Source: an uncultured bacterium (GTDB lineage Bacteria > Lernaellota > Lernaellaia > Lernaellales > Lernaellaceae). Taken from it: a stretch of 36,091 bases of DNA. The notes under the pieces were generated by a model that saw only the letters and a list, made by a program, of their open reading frames with translations, had not been told where the DNA came from and did not search any database. Both the position numbers and the translations under genes were made by a program. This document shows, piece by piece, positions 1-9,449 of the stretch (within the stretch, counting starts at the first letter, position 1; each line of letters begins with the position of its first letter). The DNA lies in the NCBI GenBank assembly GCA_964534375.1, contig CAZHPN010000045.1:1-36091 (forward strand), read 5' to 3'.

Positions 1-153
1 GGCCGGGCGACTGGGGCTGGCGGATTGCAATTGATGATGACGATGACTCTTATTGATCGGCGGGAAGGAACGGGGCGGCACTTGACTAGGCGCTCCGCCT
101 CGCGCGGCGCGCGGTCGTCGTTCAGCGGGCCGCGACGGACAAAGGAGGAAGCC

Positions 154-1227
154 GTGCGTGTTATTGCCTTAATGTTCACATCCTTATTGGCGTTGGTTTC
201 CTTGGCAATCCTTGGGTGTGCGGCAAGCCGCGGAACAGTGGCCGACGATGACGCGACTGCCGATGACGACGACAACGATGACAATAACGACGACAACGAC
301 GATGATTTCGCATGGTCGCAAATGGGCGGTGATTGTCCGGCACTGGTTTCCGTTTGGGGAACTTCGCACGATGATGTCTTCGCTGTCGGGTGGAACTGGC
401 CCGCCAACGCGGCGGCCGTTCTTCACTTCGACGGGGCGTCATGGTCGCACATGACAAGCGGCGAAGGCAAATTTACCCTGTGGTCGGTATCGGGAACATC
501 GCCATCGGACGTATTCGCCGTGGGCGAAGGCGGCGAGGAAACCGTGATCCTGCGTTACGACGGCGACTCGTGGTCAGTCATGCCAGCGCCCCTCGACCTC
601 GGATTCGCCCTTCGAGGGGTCTGGGCAGGATCTGTCTCTAACGTTTACGCCGTGGGCTTCGACGCGAAAAACGACGGGGTGGTTGGGCATTTCGACGGCG
701 CAACTTGGTCCTTGGTTAATGGCGGTTTTCCGTCGCACCTGCAGTGCGCTTGGGGAACATCGCCTTCCGATGTGTATGTCTCCGGCAACGGAACGTCGCA
801 TTTCGATGGAGCGACATGGTCGCCGGCGCCGGGGGTGATTGCCAACGCGGGTATTTCGTCTTTCTGGGAGTTGTCGCCGTCCGACATTTTCGCGGTTGGC
901 GGCGTCACTTCCGCCTGCGTCGTTTTTTACTATGACGGCTCGACTTGGTCGGTCATGTACGAGGAACCGTCCGCGGTGTGTGCTTTTGGCGTTTGGGGCG
1001 CGTCGCCTGACGACGTTTTTGCGGTCGGCGGCTATGAAGACCAAGAAAACGCGGACCATGACACCATCCTGCATTACGATGGATTGTCCTGGTCGATTAT
1101 GGACAACGGAACCTATCCTTTTATGCTCTTCAGTGCCTGGGGCTCCGGTCCTTCCGACGTGTTCGCTGTGGGTTCTGATTACAGTTATCAAGCCGGCGTA
1201 ATCCTGCACTATGGCCCGCTGCAATAA
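154..1227 (+). CDS. Secreted lipoprotein with Asp/Asn-rich linker and 7-repeat beta-propeller (WGxSxxDVFAVG / HFDGxxWS repeats)
   Basis: In-frame GTG at 154 after AGGAGG (143-148). Hydrophobic signal with lipobox ILGC, then a DDDDNDDNNDDNDDD linker. Seven ~45-aa repeats: SVWGTSHDDVFAVG, SVSGTSPSDVFAVG, GVWAGSVSNVYAVG, CAWGTSPSDVYVSG, SFWELSPSDIFAVG, GVWGASPDDVFAVG, SAWGSGPSDVFAVG. The ORF-track start at 25 is probably too far upstream. Confidence 0.8.
   Translation: MRVIALMFTSLLALVSLAILGCAASRGTVADDDATADDDDNDDNNDDNDDDFAWSQMGGDCPALVSVWGTSHDDVFAVGWNWPANAAAVLHFDGASWSHMTSGEGKFTLWSVSGTSPSDVFAVGEGGEETVILRYDGDSWSVMPAPLDLGFALRGVWAGSVSNVYAVGFDAKNDGVVGHFDGATWSLVNGGFPSHLQCAWGTSPSDVYVSGNGTSHFDGATWSPAPGVIANAGISSFWELSPSDIFAVGGVTSACVVFYYDGSTWSVMYEEPSAVCAFGVWGASPDDVFAVGGYEDQENADHDTILHYDGLSWSIMDNGTYPFMLFSAWGSGPSDVFAVGSDYSYQAGVILHYGPLQ
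244..306 (+). repeat. Low-complexity GAC/GAT/AAC trinucleotide tract encoding poly-Asp/Asn linker
   Basis: gacgatgacgcgactgccgatgacgacgacaacgatgacaataacgacgacaacgacgatgat read directly. Confidence 0.85.
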
Positions 1228-1435
1228 CGGCGACGCGGGCGGCATGAGAGAGCGAACGATGCGTGAGCGGCGCGTTTTGTCGGCGATTTTGTTGGCGACG
1301 GCGCGGAATGGAGGTTCAGGGTGAAAGACCCGTTCCAGGCGGGGTTTATCCTGGGGCTTGCGGCCCTTTTAGTCGGTCCTTCCGGGTATAAACGTGGGCG
1401 CCTCCTGCAATTTGGATGATGGGCGGCGGCGCCCG

Positions 1436-3547
1436 TCACGTTGACGGCTGCGTCACCGTCGACGTCTGCCCGGGAGGGCCAACGAATACGATGTAATCGA
1501 GGCCGGTCCCCATCGACAGCGTCAACTCGGCGTTTCCGTTTCCGCTGTACAACATGTTGAACGACGAATCAAAAACGACCCAGCCGCCGGCGGTGGTCAG
1601 GTTCAAGGGAACGGACGCCGTGTCAACGGCCACCGAACGCCACTCGTTGTAGCCGTCGGGACCGATGACGACCGTTTGCGTTGTCGCGGGCGGAATCGCC
1701 TGCACCGCGGTGATCGGCTCATAAAGATAGCTCCCCCGCCTGATCAATTCCGCGCCGTTCTGCGAAAGGATGTCGAGGTCAAATAGATCCCGTCCCATTA
1801 ATTGCGGGATCACCAGCATCATTGTCGCCAGATCATCGCTGGAAGACGGGTCGACGACGGTCATTTCCTGATCTTGCTGAACAGCGATGATTCCGTTGAG
1901 CTCCGGGATCGTGCACAAGCGCATCCGCGGATCCGGGACCGGCCACAGGGGCACATTCAGCCAGGCATTTACCGCGAGCCACAAGGTGTTCACCCTGCCT
2001 GTCCACGCGGCGGAGAGATCGCTCGTGCCTTGCACCTTTTCCGCGTAAACGCTTTCGTCCAAATAGTGCCCGTAGCCTCCCGGGGATTGAAACACGAGGT
2101 ACTGCCTGCCGTTCGCCGTGATGACCTTCACGGTCGAGAGGGGCTTCTGATCGCTGGAAAACCAACCGTCGCCCCGGTGCTTCCAGGGTTGCGAACTAGG
2201 CGCCCAGTTGTCCCCTGTCCACGACATGTACAGCACGCTGTCGTCGGGCTGCGCCACGAGTTGAAAGACCGAGCTGCTGTTGGCGTAGACGCCTTCCATA
2301 GTCGCGAGCATGCCGTCGGGAACCGCCACGACAGGCGGGACCGCGGCAGGAATCGGCGACGGGAACTCCGGGATCAAATTGTTTTCCGACAGGGCGCGAA
2401 GCAGCACGCGCTCCGTGATCGCTGCCGCGACGGTCGAGCTAAAACCGACGGCCCCCAGGACCACGACGCCCAATTGTGCTTTCGGCGAGACGAGGAGCGC
2501 GCTGTGGTATTGCGCGCAGTCGCCGCCCTTCTCCCACCCGTCAAAACCGACGGCCGTCATCCCCGGTTCCGCCACCGAGTCCCATCCCAGACCGTAGATC
2601 ATTTCGTTGTTGACCACGGGGTCGAATGTGCCGGCGGTCTGATCGACCGCCATCTCCGCGATCGACGCGGCGGAGAGGATGCGCGTCCCGCCCGCCTGCC
2701 CGTCGCCGAGGAACATCATCGCGAGGCGGGCCATGTCGCTCGCGGTGGAGTAGACGCCGCCGGAGGCCAGCGCGTTGAGGAACTCTTGCGGGAGGACTTC
2801 TCCGTTGCTGTAGCCTTTGACATACGAACCATCGGCGAAGGGGGCCGTCGCGTAAGTGGTGTGCGCCATGCCGAGGGGCGTCAATATTTCGTCTTTGACG
2901 AACTGTGCATACGTCTTGCCCGTCACGGCCTTGACGAGAAGTTCGATCATGGTGAACCCGTCGTTGCAATATACGTTCATATAGCCCGGGGCGGTTTTGA
3001 GCCGCGACTCGGAAAGCGTCTGGAGCACCTGCGCGGCGTACCCGGGGTACGCGGAGTTGGTGTCCGCGTTGCGGTAGTCCGTCCCCGGGAAACCGGAGGA
3101 GTGGTTGACGAGCATGCGGACGGTCACCTTCGTGTAATCCGCGGACGCCATCTGGAAATCCGGAACGTAATCGGTAACCGGGTTGTCCAGGGCCACCAAG
3201 CCCATTTCCACGAGTTTCATCGTGGCCACGGTTGCAAACATCTTGCTGACCGAGCCGATGCCGAACATCGTGGTCTCGGCGGGCGGCACGCCGGCGTCTC
3301 GATCGGCCAGGCCGAAGGTCTGGCTCCAAATGACCCGGTTGCCGTCGGTAAGCGCGATCCCGAGCGCGGTGGTTGTGCCCGCTCTGATCACGTCATTGGC
3401 GGCCGACTGCCCCTCCTGAATCGCGGCGTCATAGTTGGGCTGGGCGGGCCGAGCCGGTGTCTTGCTCGCGCAGGAAACGAGTGCGAGAGCCGATGCGATG
3501 CCAATTGCAATAGCCGTAAGGATGTCGCGTCTCGAATTCATGGGCAT
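1436..3547 (-). CDS. Beta-lactamase-related (class C/AmpC-like) serine hydrolase lipoprotein with long C-terminal extension
   Basis: Lipobox LVSC. SxxK motif (IGSVSKMF), LVNHSSG, YxN motif (YCNDGF), SGGVYSTASDMAR, YGLGW, WEKGG. The start could be ATG 3547 or 3541. Confidence 0.85.
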   Translation of the reverse strand: MPMNSRRDILTAIAIGIASALALVSCASKTPARPAQPNYDAAIQEGQSAANDVIRAGTTTALGIALTDGNRVIWSQTFGLADRDAGVPPAETTMFGIGSVSKMFATVATMKLVEMGLVALDNPVTDYVPDFQMASADYTKVTVRMLVNHSSGFPGTDYRNADTNSAYPGYAAQVLQTLSESRLKTAPGYMNVYCNDGFTMIELLVKAVTGKTYAQFVKDEILTPLGMAHTTYATAPFADGSYVKGYSNGEVLPQEFLNALASGGVYSTASDMARLAMMFLGDGQAGGTRILSAASIAEMAVDQTAGTFDPVVNNEMIYGLGWDSVAEPGMTAVGFDGWEKGGDCAQYHSALLVSPKAQLGVVVLGAVGFSSTVAAAITERVLLRALSENNLIPEFPSPIPAAVPPVVAVPDGMLATMEGVYANSSSVFQLVAQPDDSVLYMSWTGDNWAPSSQPWKHRGDGWFSSDQKPLSTVKVITANGRQYLVFQSPGGYGHYLDESVYAEKVQGTSDLSAAWTGRVNTLWLAVNAWLNVPLWPVPDPRMRLCTIPELNGIIAVQQDQEMTVVDPSSSDDLATMMLVIPQLMGRDLFDLDILSQNGAELIRRGSYLYEPITAVQAIPPATTQTVVIGPDGYNEWRSVAVDTASVPLNLTTAGGWVVFDSSFNMLYSGNGNAELTLSMGTGLDYIVFVGPPGQTSTVTQPST

Positions 3548-4003
3548 ACCTCGACAACAGGTTCGGTCAGTTTCTTGGGCATATTAACCGACATTCCCCA
3601 TATCGACCGGTGACGTGGGTTCATTCGGCTTTCACTCCTCGGAAGACCGCCTTCGATCCGCTGCATTGAACGCAACTCTACGATTAGACGGCTGATTCTG
3701 GTCCGTCCGCCTTCGGAACGCAAGCTTTTTTTCCGCAAAACCGACCCCAGGGCCCCCGCGTCCGTCTATGTCCAAAAAAGAGGTCGCCATTACGCGGCAC
3801 AAGATCGTCATCGGACAAATGTTGGATGTCGAATGGAGCCATGAATTTCGATATCCAAAATGCCGTCAAAACTGACCGTGGTTCGTCGGACGTCTGATCC
3901 CGGCTGTTCGGCGTGGGCCGTCCAGGGTTGGACCGGCGCTTTCGCCGGCGCGCCGCGATTCGGGCCGCCGACGCCGGATTCGGTCGGAAAATCCGCCGAA
4001 GTT

Positions 4004-4075
4004 CACGCGGACGCGGAGGTCGCCGAGGGAGGCGAGGCGGCCACGTGTCGACTCCGCGGCCTCCGCGTCTTCGCG
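4004..4075. repeat. Imperfect inverted repeat built from CGCGGAGGN-type 9-mers
   Basis: gacgcggaggtcgccgag (4010-4027) vs the reverse complement of 4052-4069 (gacgcggaggccgcggag): 16/18 identity. Confidence 0.6.
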
Positions 4076-4145
4076 GGACGCTTTGGCCGGGAAAAAGACC
4101 TCCGTGCCTTTGGCTGTGGCCGACGGCCGCGCTCGGAATGCGCGC

Positions 4146-4174
4146 TTGACAAGCCGCATTCGGGTCAGTAAATA
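4146..4174 (+). promoter_or_regulatory. Putative sigma70-type promoter of tRNA-Leu
   Basis: Perfect TTGACA at 4146-4151, 17-nt spacer, imperfect -10 TAAATA at 4169-4174, 30 nt upstream of the tRNA. Confidence 0.5.
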
Positions 4175-4204
4175 GAGCACTCGCTGAGGCTCTTTAAAAG
4201 ATGT

Positions 4205-4288
4205 GCGGAAGTGGTGGAATTGGTAGACGCGCTGGGTTCAGGGTCCAGTGGCCTTACGGTCGTGGGGGTTCAAGTCCCCCCTTCCGCA
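4205..4288 (+). tRNA. tRNA-Leu(CAG), CCA not encoded
   Basis: Acceptor stem GCGGAAG/CTTCCGC plus discriminator A. D-arm TGGTGGAATTGGTAGAC. Anticodon stem CTGGG/TCCAG with loop TT-CAG-GG (anticodon 4239-4241). Long variable arm. T-arm GGGGG-TTCAAGT-CCCCC. Followed by TCG, not CCA. Confidence 0.95.
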
Positions 4289-4295
4289 TCGAGCG

Positions 4296-4336
4296 AAAAA
4301 CGGGGAAACCGCTGTGGCGGCTTTCCCGTTTTTTTT
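4296..4336 (+). terminator. Intrinsic terminator after tRNA-Leu (possibly bidirectional)
   Basis: aaaaacggggaaaccgc-tgtg-gcggctttcccg followed by T8, with an A-run on the 5' side. Confidence 0.8.
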
Positions 4337-4579
4337 CGGCCGGTTGGCCACGCCCGTGCCGAAGCGGGAAATCAGGCGGCGCCGAGGCCGCCGGGCGATC
4401 GGGTTCGCCTTTCGAATTCCGGGCCGCCCGCGTTGCAGGCCGTTGTTTTTGTTTGACTAACCTAACTTTGCAGCGCGCGGCGCACGGCGCGAAAAGGTCG
4501 CGGAAAACGCCAAAAGGTGTCCTTTTTAGGCGCTCAACTGGCATCTAACGCGGCCGACCTCCCCGAAAATCGAAATAAG

Positions 4580-4608
4580 TTGTGCAAAAGCGGCGAGATG
4601 GTTATGGT
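4580..4608 (+). promoter_or_regulatory. Possible promoter for lon
   Basis: TTGTGC-N17-TATGGT upstream of RBS AAGGAGAGG and ATG 4638. Confidence 0.3.
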
Positions 4609-4637
4609 AGTAACAGCCAACGAAGGAGAGGTGGCAC

Positions 4638-6974
4638 ATGATGTTTTCTCCCGACGAATCAAAGCCCAGCAGCTTGCCCGTGCTGGCTTTACGTAATGCG
4701 ACGTTGTTCCCCGGCACGATCGCGCCGATGGCCGTCGGACGGCCGTTCTCGTTGCGCGCGCTCGAAGCCGCGGAGTCCGAGCGCTCCATGATCGGCGTGT
4801 TCACTCAGTTCGACCCCGAGGTCGAAGAGCCGACCGGAGCCGACATTCACCACATGGGCGTCGCGGCGAAAATTTTGAAGATGGCCGACGATCGCCGCGG
4901 CGGCAAAACCGTTCTTCTTCAAGGATTGTTTCGCATTCGTATTTTGCGTTTTCTCGATTTGAGCCCGATCATGCGGGTCGAGGTCGAGTATCCGCAGGAT
5001 CTCGACGAAGACGATCCGGAGACGACGGCGCTGTTCGCCAAAATCAAGGAAATGGCGCTGGACGTCATCCAAAAGAACCCGGGCCTGCCGCAGGAAGCGA
5101 AACATTTCGTCGAAGAGATGGAACGCCCGGGCATGTTGTGCGATCTGGTGGCTTCGCACCTTTCGGCGCCGATCGAGGAAAAGATCACCATCCTGGAGAC
5201 GCTCGACGTCAAGCAACGTTCCCGGCGCGTCGCGCAGATGCTGTCCACCGAGTTGAATATGCTCGAAACGAAGCGGCGCATCGACCAGCAGGTGCGCGGC
5301 GAGATGGACAAGAACCAGCGCGACTATTACCTCCGCAAGCAGATGGAGGCGATTCGCCGCGAATTGGGCGACGAAGATTCGGCCGAGGACGAACTCGACG
5401 AACTGCGCAAGAAGATCAAAGAGGCCAATCTGCCCGAGGAAGCGCTGAAAACCGCCGAAAAGGAACTCAAGCGGCTGGCGAAGATTCCCTCGTCGTCGCC
5501 GGAGTACACGGTTTCGAAGACCTATCTCGACACCATCCTCGAGTTGCCGTGGAGCAAGTTCTCCGAGGACCATCTCGACATCAAAGAGGCTGAGAAAATC
5601 CTCGACGAGGACCACTACGGACTGGAGAAGGTGAAGAAGCGCATCTTGGAATACCTTGCCGTCCGCAAGTTGAAGCCGGACGTCAAAGGCCCGATCCTGT
5701 GCTTGATCGGCCCGCCGGGCGTCGGCAAAACGAGCCTCGGGCGGTCCGTGGCGCGCGCCATGAATCGTGAGTTCGTGCGAATGAGCCTCGGCGGCATCCA
5801 CGACGAGGCGGAAATCCGCGGCCACCGGCGGACCTACATCGGCGCGCTGCCGGGCCGCATCATTCAGAGCATCAAGAAAGCCGGCGTGGCCAACCCGGTG
5901 CTCATGCTCGACGAGTTGGACAAGGTAGGCAAGGATTTCCGCGGCGATCCGTCGTCGGCGCTGCTGGAAGTGCTCGACCCCGAGCAGAACGACACCTTCG
6001 TCGACAATTACCTGAGCATCCCCTACGACCTGTCGCGCGTGCTGTTCATCGGCACCGCGAACGTGCATGACACGATTCCCGGGCCGCTGCGCGATCGCAT
6101 GGAAGTGATCGACATTCCGGGTTACACGCAGGAAGAGAAGAAGCTGATCGCCAAGAGCCATCTCATCAGCGAAGAGATGGAAAACCACGGCCTCAGTCCG
6201 GACACCTTCAAAATCACCGACGCCGCCTTGGATGTGGTCATCGACAAGTACACGCGCGAGGCCGGCGTGCGCAACCTGAAGCGCAACATTGCCGCTCTGT
6301 GCCGCGGCGCCGCCCGGCGCATCGCCGGCGACGATATGAAAAAGGTGACGATCGACAAGCGCCAAGTGCCCATTTATCTCGGGCCGGAGCGCTTCTTCCC
6401 CGAAGTCGCCGAAGCGACCAAGTCGCCCGGCGTCGCGACCGGCATGGCCTGGACGCCGTCCGGCGGCGACATTCTGTTCATCGAGACGACCCTGATGAAG
6501 GGGAAGGGCCAGTTGATCCTCACCGGACAGCTCGGCGAGGTGATGCAGGAATCGGCGAAGGCCGCGATGTCGTACCTGCGCTCGCGCGCGAAGGAGTTCG
6601 ACATCGACCCGATGCGCTTCGAAGAAACCGACGTGCACATTCACATTCCGGCCGGCGCGATCCCGAAAGACGGTCCGTCGGCGGGCATCACGCTGCTGGC
6701 CGCGCTGGCCAGCCTCTTCACCGGCAAACCGGTCCACAACGACCTGGCGATGACCGGCGAGGTGACGCTGCGCGGCCAGATTCTGCCGGTCGGCGGCATC
6801 AAGGAGAAAGTGCTGGCCGCCCGGCGCGCCGGCATCAAAGACGTGATGCTGCCCGAGAAGAATCGGCGCGACCTCGAGGAAATCCCCGAGGAAATCCGCA
6901 AGGGCCTGACGTTGCATTTCGTCGGCAACGTCGACGACGCGCTGAAGTTCGCCCTGTCGCCGAACCTGAATTAG
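4638..6974 (+). CDS. lon: ATP-dependent protease La (Lon)
   Basis: N-terminal LPVLALRNATLFPG, DHYGLEKVKKRILEYLA, Walker A GPPGVGKT, RRTYIGALPG, Walker B LMLDELDK, catalytic Ser PKDGPSAG and Lys GGIKEK. Confidence 0.97.
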   Translation: MMFSPDESKPSSLPVLALRNATLFPGTIAPMAVGRPFSLRALEAAESERSMIGVFTQFDPEVEEPTGADIHHMGVAAKILKMADDRRGGKTVLLQGLFRIRILRFLDLSPIMRVEVEYPQDLDEDDPETTALFAKIKEMALDVIQKNPGLPQEAKHFVEEMERPGMLCDLVASHLSAPIEEKITILETLDVKQRSRRVAQMLSTELNMLETKRRIDQQVRGEMDKNQRDYYLRKQMEAIRRELGDEDSAEDELDELRKKIKEANLPEEALKTAEKELKRLAKIPSSSPEYTVSKTYLDTILELPWSKFSEDHLDIKEAEKILDEDHYGLEKVKKRILEYLAVRKLKPDVKGPILCLIGPPGVGKTSLGRSVARAMNREFVRMSLGGIHDEAEIRGHRRTYIGALPGRIIQSIKKAGVANPVLMLDELDKVGKDFRGDPSSALLEVLDPEQNDTFVDNYLSIPYDLSRVLFIGTANVHDTIPGPLRDRMEVIDIPGYTQEEKKLIAKSHLISEEMENHGLSPDTFKITDAALDVVIDKYTREAGVRNLKRNIAALCRGAARRIAGDDMKKVTIDKRQVPIYLGPERFFPEVAEATKSPGVATGMAWTPSGGDILFIETTLMKGKGQLILTGQLGEVMQESAKAAMSYLRSRAKEFDIDPMRFEETDVHIHIPAGAIPKDGPSAGITLLAALASLFTGKPVHNDLAMTGEVTLRGQILPVGGIKEKVLAARRAGIKDVMLPEKNRRDLEEIPEEIRKGLTLHFVGNVDDALKFALSPNLN

Positions 6975-6984
6975 GTTATCGCTT

Positions 6985-7042
6985 CGGCGCGGACGCCGCT
7001 TTCGCCTGAGAAGTCACAACTTTGACGGCGGCGTCCGCGCCG
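6985..7042. repeat. Perfect 15-bp inverted repeat (28-nt loop) just after the lon stop
   Basis: cggcgcggacgccgc (6985-6999) / gcggcgtccgcgccg (7028-7042), followed by ttctt; possible terminator or mRNA-stabilising hairpin. Confidence 0.7.
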
Positions 7043-7054
7043 TTCTTCGATGCC

Positions 7055-7304
7055 GACAGGATCAACAAGATCAATTGGATGGATTTCTTGAGGATCAATA
7101 GGGTTAATTGGGCGTTTTTTTGACAGGATCAACAGGATCAACAGGATCACTTGTGATATGTGCACCTTTTTGTTCGAGCCGGCGGACCGTGATCGCGCAC
7201 ACCAAGGCATGGCGCTGAAGAAATTTGGTTGATCTTCGCGATCCCGTCAAAAAAACACTATCCCGAAGTGATCCGGTTGATCCTGTTGATCCTGTCAAAA
7301 AAAC
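7055..7304. repeat. Nested inverted repeat of tandem (A/G)ACAGGATC 9-mers (38-bp arms, 1 mismatch), MITE/REP-like
   Basis: T7-gacaggatc-aacaggatc-aacaggatc-actt (7115-7152) pairs with 7266-7303; degenerate extra arms at 7055-7080, 7091-7108 and 7228-7255. Confidence 0.9.
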
Positions 7305-7326
7305 CATCCCCATTGGTTCAATCTCG

Positions 7327-7372
7327 TCCTCTGTGCCCTCCGTGTCTTCCTCTGTGCCCTCTGTGTTTAAGA
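7327..7372. repeat. CTCTGTG(CC) tandem array (CACAGAG family), single arm
   Basis: tcctctgtgccctc(c/t)gtgt occurs twice (7327-7345, 7348-7366); 7350-7372 is identical to 26375-26397. Confidence 0.85.
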
Positions 7373-7376
7373 TTCC

Positions 7377-8540
7377 TCATTTCTTCCCGCGCGCTTCCTC
7401 GAAAACTCGCAACGCCTCCGCCATCGGCAGGCCCGATTTGAGCAGATCGCCGTATTCCGGCTTGGAATGCACGAGCTTGCCCTGGTAGTACGCGTGTTTG
7501 AGGCGCACGGGGCCGTAGGCGGTGTCGATCGTCTCGAAGCGCCGTTCGCAGGCCGCGCGTTCGGCGGAGCGATAGCGCAGGCCGAGCGTCGTCGAGTGAG
7601 TGAACACGGCCTCGATGACGCTTTGCAGCGCGCTTTCGGCGCAGACGACCAGCAGCAGCACGCCGGGCCGGCCGCGCTTCATGATGCAGGGGATCAGCGT
7701 GACGTCGAGCGCGCCGGCCTCTTCCAGCTTTTTCGCCAGCGGCTCGTAGTGCTCGGGGTTCATGTCGTCGATGTTGGCTTCGATAGTGTAGGTCTTTTCC
7801 GCGGTCTCGGGCATATTCTGATCGTCGCCGAGCAGCGCGCGTACGACGTTCGGCGGGCCGTTCGCGTCGTTGCGCGCGCCGGCGCCGTACCCGACGCGCC
7901 GCAGAATCATCGCCGGCGGCGGGCCGTAGCCGTCGGCCACGGTGGAGATCAGCGTGGCGCCGGTGGGCGTGACGGTTTCCACCGGCAGGGCATAGCCGTA
8001 CACCGGCGCGTCGGCGAGCAGCGCGACCGTCGCCGGCGCGGGCAGCGGCAGCAAGCCGTGAATGCTTCGGATCTGACCGTGGCCGAGCGGCAGCGGGCTG
8101 CACACCACGCGGTCGATGGCGAGGCTGTGCAGACCCTGGCAAAAGCCGACGATGTCGATGATCGAGTCGACGGCGCCAACCTCGTGGAAATGCACGTGTT
8201 CGAGAGACTCGCCGTGGATCTTCGCCTCGGCGTCGCCGAGACGGCGAAAGGCGCAACGGGCGCGGCCCTTGACCGGCTCGGGCAGCCGGGCGTCGGCGAT
8301 GAGCTGGTCGATCTCGACCCAGCGCCGGTGCGGCTGGTCGTGGGGAAAATCGATGTGCAGCAGCGGGGCGGCGAGGGCGCCGCGGCGCATGCGTTCCACC
8401 GAAATGCGGACGTCGGGCAGCCCGAGGGCCGCCGGCAGCGCGGCGAGTTCCGCTTCCGCGAAGCCGAGGTCGAGCAGCGCGCTCACCAGCATGTCGCCGG
8501 CCGCGCCGGCAAAACAATCGAGGTACAGCAGCCGTCCCAT
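7377..8540 (-). CDS. larC: Nickel pincer cofactor biosynthesis protein LarC (Ni insertase)
   Basis: YLDCFAGAAGDML, HFHEVGAVDSIIDIVG, LPLPAPAT, VTPTGA, GYGAG, IEANIDDMNPE, MKRGRPG, TTLGLR, KPEYGD. Confidence 0.93.
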   Translation of the reverse strand: MGRLLYLDCFAGAAGDMLVSALLDLGFAEAELAALPAALGLPDVRISVERMRRGALAAPLLHIDFPHDQPHRRWVEIDQLIADARLPEPVKGRARCAFRRLGDAEAKIHGESLEHVHFHEVGAVDSIIDIVGFCQGLHSLAIDRVVCSPLPLGHGQIRSIHGLLPLPAPATVALLADAPVYGYALPVETVTPTGATLISTVADGYGPPPAMILRRVGYGAGARNDANGPPNVVRALLGDDQNMPETAEKTYTIEANIDDMNPEHYEPLAKKLEEAGALDVTLIPCIMKRGRPGVLLLVVCAESALQSVIEAVFTHSTTLGLRYRSAERAACERRFETIDTAYGPVRLKHAYYQGKLVHSKPEYGDLLKSGLPMAEALRVFEEARGKK

Positions 8541-8542
8541 GG

Positions 8543-9307
<765 letters not shown>

Positions 9308-9365
9308 ACGTTTTCCTTAGCGCCTCTCCCCGCGGGGGAGATCGAGGGCGCAAACGTTAGAGTAA

Positions 9366-9447
9366 GAATTTGAACCACAGAGACACAGAGGACACGGAGA
9401 TTCTTTGGTTTTTCTCTGTGATCTCCGTGCCTCTGTGGTGCAAATTC
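9366..9447. repeat. 35-bp imperfect inverted repeat of CACAGAG-family 8/9-mers, 12-nt loop
   Basis: gaatttgaaccacagagacacagaggacacggaga (9366-9400) vs tctctgtgatctccgtgcctctgtggtgcaaattc (9413-9447), 29/35 complementary. Confidence 0.9.
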
Positions 9448-9449
9448 AA

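Noticed and set aside
3689..3702. GGCTGATTCTGG resembling the tmRNA 5' end
   Set aside because: Not followed by ATTCGAC and no tRNA-like 3' end nearby
4174..4193. AGAGCACTC...GAGGCTCT resembling a CIRCE half-site upstream of tRNA/lon
   Set aside because: Does not fit TTAGCACTC-N9-GAGTGCTAA; only a small hairpin in the tRNA leader
4205..4340. tRNA-Leu as an integration site
   Set aside because: The 3' side is followed by its terminator and lon; no integrase or duplicated tRNA 3' end in the window
7055..7372. CRISPR array or oriC (repeats, many GATC)
   Set aside because: Units are contiguous 9-mers in inverted arms without unique spacers; no cas genes, DnaA boxes or dnaA context seen
7104..7488. 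Small ORFs with DPVDPVDPV / SVPSV repeats
   Set aside because: Simple translations of the DNA repeat arrays; no RBS or coding bias
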